Shown: positions 46,339 through 55,205 of the stretch, piece by piece | How the letters are laid out: every line of letters begins with the position of its first letter | How positions within the stretch are numbered: the stretch's first letter is position 1 | From: Ignavibacteriota bacterium | GTDB taxonomy: Bacteria > Bacteroidota > Ignavibacteria > UBA10030 > SZUA-254 | Length of the DNA stretch: 64,000 nt | Direction of reading: 5' to 3' | Assembly (NCBI GenBank): GCA_025358305.1 | Contig: JANYJZ010000032.1 | Coordinates: 26,904 to 90,903, forward strand | Translations under genes and position numbers: made by a program | Notes under the pieces: model-generated | The model's database searches: none | Told to the model about the DNA's origin: nothing | What the model saw: the letters and a program-made list of their open reading frames with translations, nothing else

Positions 46339-48258
46339 CTAACGCTGCAACGCGTCGTTGAGCCGGAGCGCCTCGGGGTTTGCGGGGTCGAGCGCGAGCG
46401 ATTGCGCAACGAAGGCGCGGGCGCGCTCGCGCTGTCCGAGGGAGAAGGCGTAGAGCGCGGCCCGGAGGTACGCTCCTGAGTAGAGACCGAGGACGCCGTC
46501 GACATAGGCGTCACGGCGAGCCGGGACGTGCACGTGAAAGTCAGGCGTCACCATCGCCGGCCAGGCGGCCGAGTCGGCGGCCTCCGGGACGAGACGATCG
46601 GCGAGTCCCGCGGGGATCCTCCGGAACCCGGGAGTGTACTGCGGCTCGACCTCGGGTGTCGCATAGACCGGCTTCGTTGCCATGTTCCGTTCGATGAAGC
46701 TCCGGATGACGGCGGCGTACCGGAACTCGATGAGCTGGGAACTGTACGGAAGGCTGTTCTCGAATTTCCGGAGCTCGACGAGGAAGGCATCCACCTCGGG
46801 CCGGGACTGGGCGATGAGCCAGGGATGTTCGCGTTCGAGCTGCGGGTAGTACCAGGAGCGCCTGAGGAGTTCCTTGTCGATCACCACCACATCCGTGCGC
46901 GACCTGTCGACATGCTGGGCGTAATAGGAAGCGGAGACGAAGTAATCCCACTGGTACGTCAGAACGACCGCGTTCGGCCCGACGGATTGGAACACGTCTC
47001 GGGTATAGTCCTCGACGAGAGTCATGTCGTGGAGGGTCACCTTGGGCGCATTGACGACCCCCTCCCCCACGATCGTCACAAGCGCCGCCCCGACTAGTAC
47101 GGTCCGGGCCTCTTGCGACGTCACCACGGCGATGAGCTGACGAAATCCGAAGGACGCCCAGAGCGCGATCGTGAGGTACGCCACGAGGAAATACGAGTCG
47201 ATGTCGTGGATATCGTAATTGATGGCGTAGAGGACGCAGCCGAGGAAAAGGAGCACGGTGAAGACGAAGAGCGTTCGGTGCCGCCGGAAGAGGCTCCAGG
47301 CGCCGAGCACGGCCAGAGCGACCCCGATATAGAAGAACTCCGGACCCAGGCACCCGAGGAAATACGCGAGCTGGCGCTGGGCAGTGTCCATCGAGGAAAA
47401 GAGCCAAACGCTATACTGCTTCGCGCTTGTATGGCGGAAAAAGGCCTCCCAGGTGACGGGATTACCCCAATTCATAAGGGGATGCCCCGCCGCACGCAAC
47501 GGAAGATAGAGGTAGACCGAGAGCCCGGCCAGGAACGGCAGCGCCATCGCCCCGATGAGGCGCCACGCCTCTTTGCGGAACCCGAAGGCGGCGAAGTACA
47601 GATAGAGGAACGCCGGCGCGAGGAAGATCGTCGTCATGTGGTTGGTGAACGAGAGCCCCAGGACGAACGCGAAGGCGGCAAGGAGAAGGGTATTGCCTTC
47701 TTTTGGTTCCCCCTTCCCCTTGATGGGACCGAGCGCTGGAACGACCCCTCGGACGAATACGTAGAGAACGAGACTCAGGAGCAGGACGTGCAGCGAGTAG
47801 ACTTCGACGGCGAGAGCCTGGGACCAATAGGTCTCGGAGAAGGCGAGGAGGAGCGTGCCGAAGAGCGTCGGCAGCGTCCTCTCGTAGAACCGTGTCCGGG
47901 CTGAAGTCCCGCCGGATTGGTCGTGCTTTTCCCACACTACTGCAAGGATATAGGAGAGGAACTTAGAGTAAAAGATTAGGCCGACGGAACAGAGGATCGC
48001 GGCCATGAGATTGAGCCGGTAGATGACGCTCCCTCCGAGCGGAAGGTGCGTGAAGAGCCAGCCGATGAGTGTGAACAGCGGGTACCCTGTCGGATGGGCG
48101 ACGCCCAAGGTGTAGGCGACGGTTGCAAGCTCCCCGCTGTCGATGAAGTTGAGCGTGGGACAGAGCGTCATGGCGTAGACGATGAAAGCCGCAAAGGCGC
48201 CGGCCGCGAACACGGCGGTTTCCACGAGCTGTCGGGACCTCAGGTCTTGCAATTTCAC
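46339..48258 (-). CDS. DUF2723 / TMEM260-like membrane glycosyltransferase (GT117-like)
   Basis: DSGEL...LGVAHPTGYPLF, WSQA..VEVY, NH, YLPLR..P.MNWG; many TMs, C-terminal TPR-like helix; GTG 48258 behind GGAG. Confidence 0.85.
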   Translation of the reverse strand: MKLQDLRSRQLVETAVFAAGAFAAFIVYAMTLCPTLNFIDSGELATVAYTLGVAHPTGYPLFTLIGWLFTHLPLGGSVIYRLNLMAAILCSVGLIFYSKFLSYILAVVWEKHDQSGGTSARTRFYERTLPTLFGTLLLAFSETYWSQALAVEVYSLHVLLLSLVLYVFVRGVVPALGPIKGKGEPKEGNTLLLAAFAFVLGLSFTNHMTTIFLAPAFLYLYFAAFGFRKEAWRLIGAMALPFLAGLSVYLYLPLRAAGHPLMNWGNPVTWEAFFRHTSAKQYSVWLFSSMDTAQRQLAYFLGCLGPEFFYIGVALAVLGAWSLFRRHRTLFVFTVLLFLGCVLYAINYDIHDIDSYFLVAYLTIALWASFGFRQLIAVVTSQEARTVLVGAALVTIVGEGVVNAPKVTLHDMTLVEDYTRDVFQSVGPNAVVLTYQWDYFVSASYYAQHVDRSRTDVVVIDKELLRRSWYYPQLEREHPWLIAQSRPEVDAFLVELRKFENSLPYSSQLIEFRYAAVIRSFIERNMATKPVYATPEVEPQYTPGFRRIPAGLADRLVPEAADSAAWPAMVTPDFHVHVPARRDAYVDGVLGLYSGAYLRAALYAFSLGQRERARAFVAQSLALDPANPEALRLNDALQR

Positions 48259-48351
48259 GCGTCTGCTCCGTACGATAGTCAAAGGGTACAAATGTAGCAA
48301 TCCCGCGCTACAAAAGCCAGAATGTCTGGCCGCTCAACCTTGGGTTTACCC

Positions 48352-48380
48352 TTGATTCTTTAGGTCCGGACAGGTATATT
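48352..48380 (+). promoter_or_regulatory. Promoter for the ethD-crotonase-cytochrome run
   Basis: TTGATT-N17-TATATT(G). Confidence 0.65.
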
Positions 48381-48424
48381 GCTCTCAATTACTTTCCTTC
48401 CACCATTTCTCTCACGTAACCTCC

Positions 48425-48727
48425 ATGGTCAAATTGATCGCGCTCTACCGCAAACCGGCGGATGCCGCCGCCTTCGACAAGTATTACTACGACGTTCATA
48501 TCCCGCTCGTGAGAAAGGTCCCGGGACTCCGGAAAATCGAGATCACCTCCATTACCGGTGCGCCGATGGGCGAGGCCAAGTACCATGTCATGGCGGAAAT
48601 GTATTACGATTCCATGGACGCGATGAACGCCGCGAACGCCTCCCCGGAGGGGAAGGCCGTCTTCCAGGACGTGATGAAGTTCGCCGCGGACGTCATCATT
48701 CCCTTCTTCGGCGAGGTCCGCGCTTGA
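48425..48727 (+). CDS. EthD family protein
   Basis: MVKLIALYRKP.D..AFDKYY...HIPLV.K.PGL...AEMYYDS...SPEGK. Confidence 0.85.
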   Translation: MVKLIALYRKPADAAAFDKYYYDVHIPLVRKVPGLRKIEITSITGAPMGEAKYHVMAEMYYDSMDAMNAANASPEGKAVFQDVMKFAADVIIPFFGEVRA

Positions 48728-49578
48728 GCCGCTACCGCGGAAAGTCGTCGCGGGAGCTCCGGTTCAAGAACCTCCTCTATGAGAAGAAGAACTGGCGCGC
48801 CACGATCACGATCAACCGCCCGAAGGTTCATAACGCGCTCGATTTCGACACGCTCGTCGAATTGAAGGCAGCCTTTGAGGACGCGAGCTGGGACGACACG
48901 GTCGCCGTCGTCATTCTCACCGGCGCCGGGTCGAAGGCATTTTGCACCGGCGCAGACATGAAGGAGTGGAGCAAGGAGTTCCTCGTTCAGCCCTCCGATT
49001 TCTATAAATGGATGGGCGTGTTCATTGAAACTTTCGACCGCTTGCGCAATATCGGCAAGCCGACCATCGCGCGCTTGAACGGCATGGTCGTCGGCGGAGG
49101 CAACGAGCTGCAGATGTCGTGCGACCTGGCGATCGCCGCCGACGACGTCACCATCCGGCACGTCGGCGTCGCCAGAGGGAGCGTCCCGGCGGCCGGTGCC
49201 ACGCAGTGGCTCCCCCTCATCGTGGGCGACCGGCGCGCACGGGAGATCATCCTTCTCTGCGAACCGATCACGGCCGCCAAGGCGCTCGACTGGGGCCTCG
49301 TCACCCGGGTCGTCCCCCGCAAGGGGCTCGACGCCGCCGTCGACGCGATGGCCGAACAGCTCGTCAACAAGCTCCCCGAATCAACGCGCTACGCGAAGCA
49401 GCAGCTGAACTTCTGGCGCGACTTCTCCTGGAGCCTCACGATCGGACACCTGCGCGACTGGCTCACCGTCCATACGGGCTCGGAGGAAGTGGCCGAAGGC
49501 GTCCGCGCGTTCGTCGAGAAGCGTCCCATCGATTACAAGAAGGTCCGCCGCAGAAGCACCGCTCGGCGGAAGAAGTAG
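48724..49578 (+). CDS. Crotonase-superfamily enzyme, Oah/BadI-like (ring-opening acyl-CoA hydrolase-like)
   Basis: AFCTGAD, NGMVVGGGNE, GSVPAAGATQWLPLIVG, LCEPITA; TTG start overlaps the ethD stop (TTGA). Confidence 0.75.
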   Translation: MSRYRGKSSRELRFKNLLYEKKNWRATITINRPKVHNALDFDTLVELKAAFEDASWDDTVAVVILTGAGSKAFCTGADMKEWSKEFLVQPSDFYKWMGVFIETFDRLRNIGKPTIARLNGMVVGGGNELQMSCDLAIAADDVTIRHVGVARGSVPAAGATQWLPLIVGDRRAREIILLCEPITAAKALDWGLVTRVVPRKGLDAAVDAMAEQLVNKLPESTRYAKQQLNFWRDFSWSLTIGHLRDWLTVHTGSEEVAEGVRAFVEKRPIDYKKVRRRSTARRKK

Positions 49579-49637
49579 CGCGCCCCGACGGCACCGCCAC
49601 CCTCAACGTGCAACGCCCCCTGGCATACCGAACACCG

Positions 49638-51560
49638 ATGCGGTCGTTCTTCCGGGAACGGCGGCTCCTCCTCGCCCTTGCCGCCGCAGTGGCCGCCGTC
49701 GCCGCGTTCGCAGCGACGGCCGATCCGGAGCGGACCCTCACGTTCCTCCCCGGATCGCAGCCCGGCACGGTCGACACCGTCGGCTCGGGCGGATCGCTCC
49801 TGTGCAAGCAGTGCCACTACTCCCCCTCCCTGAGCCGCCCGGTCACCATCTCCACTGACTGGTCGGGAAGCATGATGGCGCAGTCGGCGCGCGACCCCGT
49901 CTTTTACGCCGCGATGGCCGTGGCGAACAAGTACGCCTCCAAGGCCGGGAACAACGCCGGCGAATTCTGCATCCGGTGCCACTCCCCGACGGGATGGCTC
50001 GCGGGACACTCCGAGGACATCTCCGGCCAATCCCTGCGCGGCACCGACCTCGACGGCATACAGTGCGAATACTGCCACCGGAGCGTCGACCCCCTTGACC
50101 CCGACACGAGCGTCGCGCCGCTGACGTTCGCCGTGCCGGGATACGGCAACGGCATGCACGTCGTCCAGCGCATGAGTGAACCGAAGCGCGGCCCGTTCGA
50201 CAGCACGTCGGCGCCGCACACGACGCGCTACGACCCGTTCCAATCGCGCTCCGAGCTCTGCGCGGTCTGCCACGAGGTGAGCAATCCGTTCAACACGACA
50301 GGCCAGGACCGGATCTTTCTCTCCCCGCACCTTTACGCGCCGATCGAACGAACGTATAGCGAATGGCTCATGAGCGCGTACAGCGCGAAGGGGGATTCCG
50401 GGACGTGCCAGAGCTGCCACATGCCGTCGGCCGCGGGGTACATGTGCGTCTACACCACCTCCCCCTTGCGCCCCGACATCGCGAGCCACGACCTGACCGG
50501 CGGCAACACGTTCGTGCCGTCGATCCTCCCCGATTTCTGGCCCGGCCTCGATACAAATGCGCTCGCGGCCGGCAGCGCCAGGGCGTCCGCGGCCCTGGGC
50601 CGCGCAGCGGAACTCACGCTCGACGCCTACCGCCTCGGCGACACGGTCGTCGCGTCGATCCGCGTCACGAACCTGACCGGGCACAAGCTCCCGACGGGCT
50701 ATCCCGATGGCCGGCGGATCTGGATCGGCGTCGTCGGCCGGAACGCCGCAGGAGACACCCTGTTCCGGTCCGGATCCTACGACACGGACTCCGCCCGGCT
50801 CCTTCCGGACGCGCAGATACGGATCTACGAGGCGGTCTTCGGTCTGACGGACTCCGCCGCGCTACGCTACGGCCTCGCCGCCGGCGCATCCTTCCACTTC
50901 GCCCTCAACGACACGATCCTGAAAGACAACCGCATCCCGCCGATGGGGTTCACGAACGCAGGGTTCGCCACGAGGCTCGCCTCGCCCGTCGGCGCCACGT
51001 ATGCCGACGGACAATACTGGGACAGGGCGCTCTACCGGCTCCCGGCGGCGATCACGCAGGTGAGCGCCACGCTCAGCTACCAGACCATCAGCCGCGAATA
51101 CATCGAATTCCTTGCCGCGGAGAACGCCGGCAACTTCTATGATTGGAATGACTGGGGCGCGCGCCTCCAGACCTCGTGGAAAAACCGCGGACGCTCCTCG
51201 CCGGTCCTGATGACGTCCGCTTCCGCCGCGGTCCGCGATTCAACGACTGCGGTCGGTGAGATTGCGTCGCTCCCGTTCCTGTTCGAGCTCCGGCAGAACT
51301 ACCCGAACCCGTTCAACCCCTCGACGGTCATCCGGTTCTCTCTCCCGCCCGACGGGATTCAAGGTGACGCGGACGCGCTCACGAGCGTGCGGATCTACGA
51401 CGTGCTGGGGCGCGAGGTCGCCTTGGTCCTCGACGAGCGGCTCGCCCCGGGGTCCTACGCCCGAACCTGGAACGCCGCCGGAGAGCCGAGTGGGATCTAC
51501 TTTTGCCGACTCGTACGCGGGACACTCTCCCGCACCGAAAAGATGCTCTTGATCCGGTAG
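49638..51560 (+). CDS. Secreted pentaheme c-type cytochrome with T9SS type A C-terminal sorting domain
   Basis: Signal peptide MRSFFRERRLLLALAAAVAAVAAFAATA; five CxxCH motifs (49803, 49968, 50064, 50259, 50406); C-terminal QNYPNPFNPST...IYDVLGREV...SGIYFCRL...KMLLIR. Confidence 0.88.
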   Translation: MRSFFRERRLLLALAAAVAAVAAFAATADPERTLTFLPGSQPGTVDTVGSGGSLLCKQCHYSPSLSRPVTISTDWSGSMMAQSARDPVFYAAMAVANKYASKAGNNAGEFCIRCHSPTGWLAGHSEDISGQSLRGTDLDGIQCEYCHRSVDPLDPDTSVAPLTFAVPGYGNGMHVVQRMSEPKRGPFDSTSAPHTTRYDPFQSRSELCAVCHEVSNPFNTTGQDRIFLSPHLYAPIERTYSEWLMSAYSAKGDSGTCQSCHMPSAAGYMCVYTTSPLRPDIASHDLTGGNTFVPSILPDFWPGLDTNALAAGSARASAALGRAAELTLDAYRLGDTVVASIRVTNLTGHKLPTGYPDGRRIWIGVVGRNAAGDTLFRSGSYDTDSARLLPDAQIRIYEAVFGLTDSAALRYGLAAGASFHFALNDTILKDNRIPPMGFTNAGFATRLASPVGATYADGQYWDRALYRLPAAITQVSATLSYQTISREYIEFLAAENAGNFYDWNDWGARLQTSWKNRGRSSPVLMTSASAAVRDSTTAVGEIASLPFLFELRQNYPNPFNPSTVIRFSLPPDGIQGDADALTSVRIYDVLGREVALVLDERLAPGSYARTWNAAGEPSGIYFCRLVRGTLSRTEKMLLIR

Positions 51561-51633
51561 GGAGCGAACGCCGAAGGCTCTCCGAAAAAAAACGACAACA
51601 CCACCCAACGCCACACCAACAAGGGAACCCATC

Positions 51634-52407
51634 ATGCCATACACATCGATCATCGTCACCCGAGAAGAGGGCTACGCCGTCGTCCAATTGAACCGGCCCG
51701 AGGTCCTCAACGCGATCAGCATGCAGCTCATGCAGGAGCTCGTCGACGCGCTCGAAGCCCTCGACCGGGAGGACGCCGTCCGCGCGATCATCCTCACCGG
51801 CAACGAGAAGGCGTTCGCCGCCGGGGCCGACATCACCGAAATGGCGGGCGCGGGAGCCGTCGAGATGCTCGTGCGCGATCAGTTCGCCCGGTGGGACCGC
51901 ATTCGGAAGATCAAAAAGCCGATCATCGCCGCCGTAAGCGGATTCGCGCTCGGGGGAGGATGCGAGATCACGATGTCGTGCGACATCATCATCGCCTCGG
52001 AGACCGCGAAGTTCGGCCAGCCGGAGATCTCCATCGGCGTCATGCCCGGGGCGGGGGGAACCCAGCGCCTCACGCGCGCCGTGGGCAAGGCGAAGGCGAT
52101 GGAGATGGTCCTTACCGGCAGGATGATCACGGCCGACGAGGCCCTGCGCTGGGGACTCATCAACAAGGTGGTGCCGGTCGAGTACTACCTCGAAGAGGCG
52201 CGCGCGATGGCCCGGGAGATCGCCGCCAAACCGCCCTTGGCCGTCCGGCTCGCGAAGGAGGCCGTCTTGAAGTCGTTCGACACGACGATCGAGGGGGGCC
52301 TGGAGTTCGAACGGAAGAACTTTTACCTCCTGTTCGCCTCCGAGGATCAGAAGGAAGGCATGGCCGCCTTCACCGGAAAGCGCAAACCCGACTGGAAAGG
52401 AAAATAG
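51634..52407 (+). CDS. Enoyl-CoA hydratase (PaaF-like)
   Basis: LNRPEVLNA, AFAAGADI, GGGCE, FGQPEI..GVMPGAGGTQRL, EDQKEGM.AF. Confidence 0.9.
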   Translation: MPYTSIIVTREEGYAVVQLNRPEVLNAISMQLMQELVDALEALDREDAVRAIILTGNEKAFAAGADITEMAGAGAVEMLVRDQFARWDRIRKIKKPIIAAVSGFALGGGCEITMSCDIIIASETAKFGQPEISIGVMPGAGGTQRLTRAVGKAKAMEMVLTGRMITADEALRWGLINKVVPVEYYLEEARAMAREIAAKPPLAVRLAKEAVLKSFDTTIEGGLEFERKNFYLLFASEDQKEGMAAFTGKRKPDWKGK

Positions 52408-52430
52408 GACCACCCGGTCCCCGCCTCATC

Positions 52431-52465
52431 CCGCACGGATGGCCGCACGGATGGCCGCGCGGATG
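52431..52465. repeat. 12-bp tandem repeat x3
   Basis: CCGCACGGATGG CCGCACGGATGG CCGCGCGGATG. Confidence 0.8.
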
Positions 52466-52482
52466 AATTCTGCTCGTCTGAC

Positions 52483-52510
52483 GGACAACTATTTCCCCGC
52501 TTTTACGTAT
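52483..52510 (+). promoter_or_regulatory. ECF-type promoter candidate upstream of the Asp-box protein
   Basis: GGACAAC-N16-CGTAT. Confidence 0.4.
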
Positions 52511-52563
52511 CACCCTCCAGGAATGTCGTTCTCATCCAACTGGCATCTATTGGGGGTTTCCAC

Positions 52564-55062
52564 ATGAACCGATTCAGCTTATCCGTGTTGTTTCTCTGCC
52601 TCTTTCCCGTGCTTGTATCCGCGCAGGTCAAAGAAGTGCCACGGACGACGTTCGCCGCACCGTGGGAGTTCATGGGACCGACGAACGTCCAGGGCCGCGT
52701 TCTTTCCATCGCCATCAACCCTCACAACTCCTCGACGATCTACGCCGGATCAGCCGGAGGCGGACTCTGGCGGTCGCGCACGGCGGGCCTCGGAGGCGAC
52801 TGGCAGCGGATCAACACCGGGTTCCCCATCGCGAGCATCTCCGCGATCGCGATCGACTCCACCGACTCCAACACCATTTACATCGGCACGGGCGAGGTCT
52901 ACCGCTACCACGCGGCCTTCGGCCCTTCCCTCGACCGGACGACGCAGGGGAGCTACGGCTATGGCATTCTCAAGACGACGAACGGCGGCGCCACCTGGAC
53001 GCAGCTGCTCCCCTGGTCCCCGAGCGACCAGCGCGGCGTCGAGGTCATCCGGCTCAACCCGTTCAACCCCAAGACCATCCTGGCCGGCACGACCGAAGGT
53101 CTCTACCGTTCGACCGACGGGGGCGGCTCGTGGACGCGCCCGCTCGACGCGCTCATGGTCCAGGACATCGTCTTCGACCATAACGACACGACGCTTGTCA
53201 TGGCGACCTGCGGCAACTTCCAGAGCACCGGTTGGGGCGGGTATCTCTCGCTCGACGGCGGCGCGGGATGGTTTCGGATGGATAATTTCCCCACGTTCAG
53301 AGGGAAGGCGCGGCTCGAGTCGTTCGCCGCGGACCCGAACGTCGTGTTCGCCACCGTCGGAAGCGACACGGGCATGCGCGGTACCATCTGGAAGACGACC
53401 GACTTCGGCGCGACGTGGGACACGCTCTTGAGCGGCCGCACCTATGAGGCGGGCTGGTACGGCCACTTCGTCGTCGTCCATCCCGAGGATGCGCAGTCGC
53501 TCATTCTGGGATCGAGCCTCATGTACGCGACGAGCAATGGCGGCGCGACGCTCCTCGACGCGTCGGGAAGCGGCGTACGCAACCACAACTATGTGCACGA
53601 TCCCGCGGATCCGAACAAGGTTTACGTCGTGGGAGACAACGGAGTGTTCGTCACGAACGATTTCGGATACGGCTATACGAATATCAGCACCGGCATGGTG
53701 ACCGCGCAGCTGCAGAACGGATTCTCGAACTCGGCCACCAGCCCGAACCTCGCCCTCGGGCAGATGGTCGGGACGCCCGGCGTCACCTTCACCGGCTCCA
53801 CCACGTGGACAATCGGCAACGGCGACGAGGCGGGGTGGACGGCGATCTCCCAGGTGAACGACAGCCTCCTCTACCGCAACCTGAGTTACGGGACGTTCGT
53901 CGTGCGGTCCACCGACCGGGGCACTTCCTACAACACGTTCAACTTCGGCGGTGGTGGTGGCGGCGGGGTCTTCACCTTTTACCCGTCGAGCTGGAGCTCG
54001 CCCATGCTCGCCTCCCCTTCGAACCCGAACATCCTCTACGTCGGCCACGACCGCGTGTCGAAGTCGGTCGACAGCTCCTCGAGCTGGACCCAGACCAGCG
54101 GCGCCCTCGACGGCAATTTCGCGATCTCCATGGCGATGTCCGCCAAGAGCCCTGACACGGTCTTCGTCGGTATGGCGCCGGTCAACGTGCCCGCGCATAT
54201 CTTCCGGACGACGAACGGCGGCACCTCATGGCAGAACGTCACCGGGACGCTTCCGAATAAGTTCCCGCTCGACCTCGCGGTCGATCCGTCGAACGCCGTC
54301 AACGTCTACGCGGCTTTCGGCGGATACGGCACCGGACATCTCTACAAGAGCACGAACACCGGTTCGACCTGGTCCGACGTCTCCGCATCGCTTCCCGACG
54401 CGCCGATCTCGGCCGTCGTCGTCGATCCGCTGAGCTCGGCGATGGTCTACGCCGGAGGCGACGCCGGCGTCTACGTTTCGACCGACGCGGGCGCGACGTG
54501 GTCGGCGTTCAACGAGGCGCTGCCCGAAGGCTGCATGGTCTCCGAATTCACCATCAGCCCCTCGAACAGAAAGCTCCGGCTCGCGACGCACGGAAGCGGC
54601 ATGTTCCAGCACGACCTCTTCTCTCCGACGGCCACGACGGTGGACGTCGCCCTCTCCGGGAACTGGAACCTCATCTCTTTGCCGCTCAATCCGATCAACA
54701 CGACGCCGGCGGCGCATTTTCCGACACTTCTGGCCGGGACGCTCTACAGCTACGACGGGCAGTACCTCGCCGCGACGAGCCTCGTCCCCGGGAAGGCGTA
54801 CTGGGCAAAATTCCCCGTCGGCACGACGACGCAGCAGGTGAGCGGGCCCGCCCTCTCGGTCGTCGACGTCACGCTCAAGAAAGGCTGGAACCTCGTCGGC
54901 TCGATCGACCACGACGTGGCCGCCCCCTCGGGCGGGATCATCGCGAGCAGCTGGTACGAGTTCACCCCCACGGGGTATGCCGTGGCCGCGACCTTGAAGC
55001 CGGGCCACGGGTACTGGCTCAAGGCGAGCGACGCCGGCTCGATCACCATCGGGACCCATTGA
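52564..55062 (+). CDS. Secreted BNR/Asp-box beta-propeller protein (VPS10/GH74-like)
   Basis: Signal peptide; about 12 S/T-x-D/N-x-G-x-T/S-W repeats; C-terminal duplicated WNL...G..YW.K module. Confidence 0.8.
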   Translation: MNRFSLSVLFLCLFPVLVSAQVKEVPRTTFAAPWEFMGPTNVQGRVLSIAINPHNSSTIYAGSAGGGLWRSRTAGLGGDWQRINTGFPIASISAIAIDSTDSNTIYIGTGEVYRYHAAFGPSLDRTTQGSYGYGILKTTNGGATWTQLLPWSPSDQRGVEVIRLNPFNPKTILAGTTEGLYRSTDGGGSWTRPLDALMVQDIVFDHNDTTLVMATCGNFQSTGWGGYLSLDGGAGWFRMDNFPTFRGKARLESFAADPNVVFATVGSDTGMRGTIWKTTDFGATWDTLLSGRTYEAGWYGHFVVVHPEDAQSLILGSSLMYATSNGGATLLDASGSGVRNHNYVHDPADPNKVYVVGDNGVFVTNDFGYGYTNISTGMVTAQLQNGFSNSATSPNLALGQMVGTPGVTFTGSTTWTIGNGDEAGWTAISQVNDSLLYRNLSYGTFVVRSTDRGTSYNTFNFGGGGGGGVFTFYPSSWSSPMLASPSNPNILYVGHDRVSKSVDSSSSWTQTSGALDGNFAISMAMSAKSPDTVFVGMAPVNVPAHIFRTTNGGTSWQNVTGTLPNKFPLDLAVDPSNAVNVYAAFGGYGTGHLYKSTNTGSTWSDVSASLPDAPISAVVVDPLSSAMVYAGGDAGVYVSTDAGATWSAFNEALPEGCMVSEFTISPSNRKLRLATHGSGMFQHDLFSPTATTVDVALSGNWNLISLPLNPINTTPAAHFPTLLAGTLYSYDGQYLAATSLVPGKAYWAKFPVGTTTQQVSGPALSVVDVTLKKGWNLVGSIDHDVAAPSGGIIASSWYEFTPTGYAVAATLKPGHGYWLKASDAGSITIGTH

Positions 55063-55103
55063 CCATTCATCACCAACGAACCGTATCGTAAGGAGACCAA
55101 ACC

Positions 55104-55205
55104 ATGTATTCCACCGTCACGCGGCTTGAAAAGGATGTCCGTATACTGAAGATCGCCTGCGCCCTCCTCGGCGTGGCGCTCATGATCATACTCTACGTCC
55201 GGTAG
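55104..55205 (+). CDS. 33-aa single-TM small protein
   Basis: TAAGGAG SD then ATG; MYSTVTRLEKDVRILKIACALLGVALMIILYVR; GC3-rich codons. Confidence 0.6.
   Translation: MYSTVTRLEKDVRILKIACALLGVALMIILYVR

Noticed and set aside
47935-47985. AT-rich patch in the DUF2723 gene with TTTACT-N16-TATCCT on the minus strand
   Set aside because: Weak match and about 1.7 kb from the next gene, which has its own strong promoter
49119-49637. Arg-rich 173-aa N-terminal extension of the cytochrome ORF, suggesting a crotonase-cytochrome fusion or frameshift
   Set aside because: It is an alternative frame of the crotonase gene, which has its own stop at 49578; the signal peptide starts at ATG 49638
51561-51595. 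Hairpin plus A8 after the cytochrome gene as a terminator
   Set aside because: The A-run follows the stem on the plus strand, so no U-tract lies 3' of the hairpin on either strand
52431-52465. Repeat considered as a CRISPR remnant
   Set aside because: 12-bp head-to-tail units, no spacers, no cas genes
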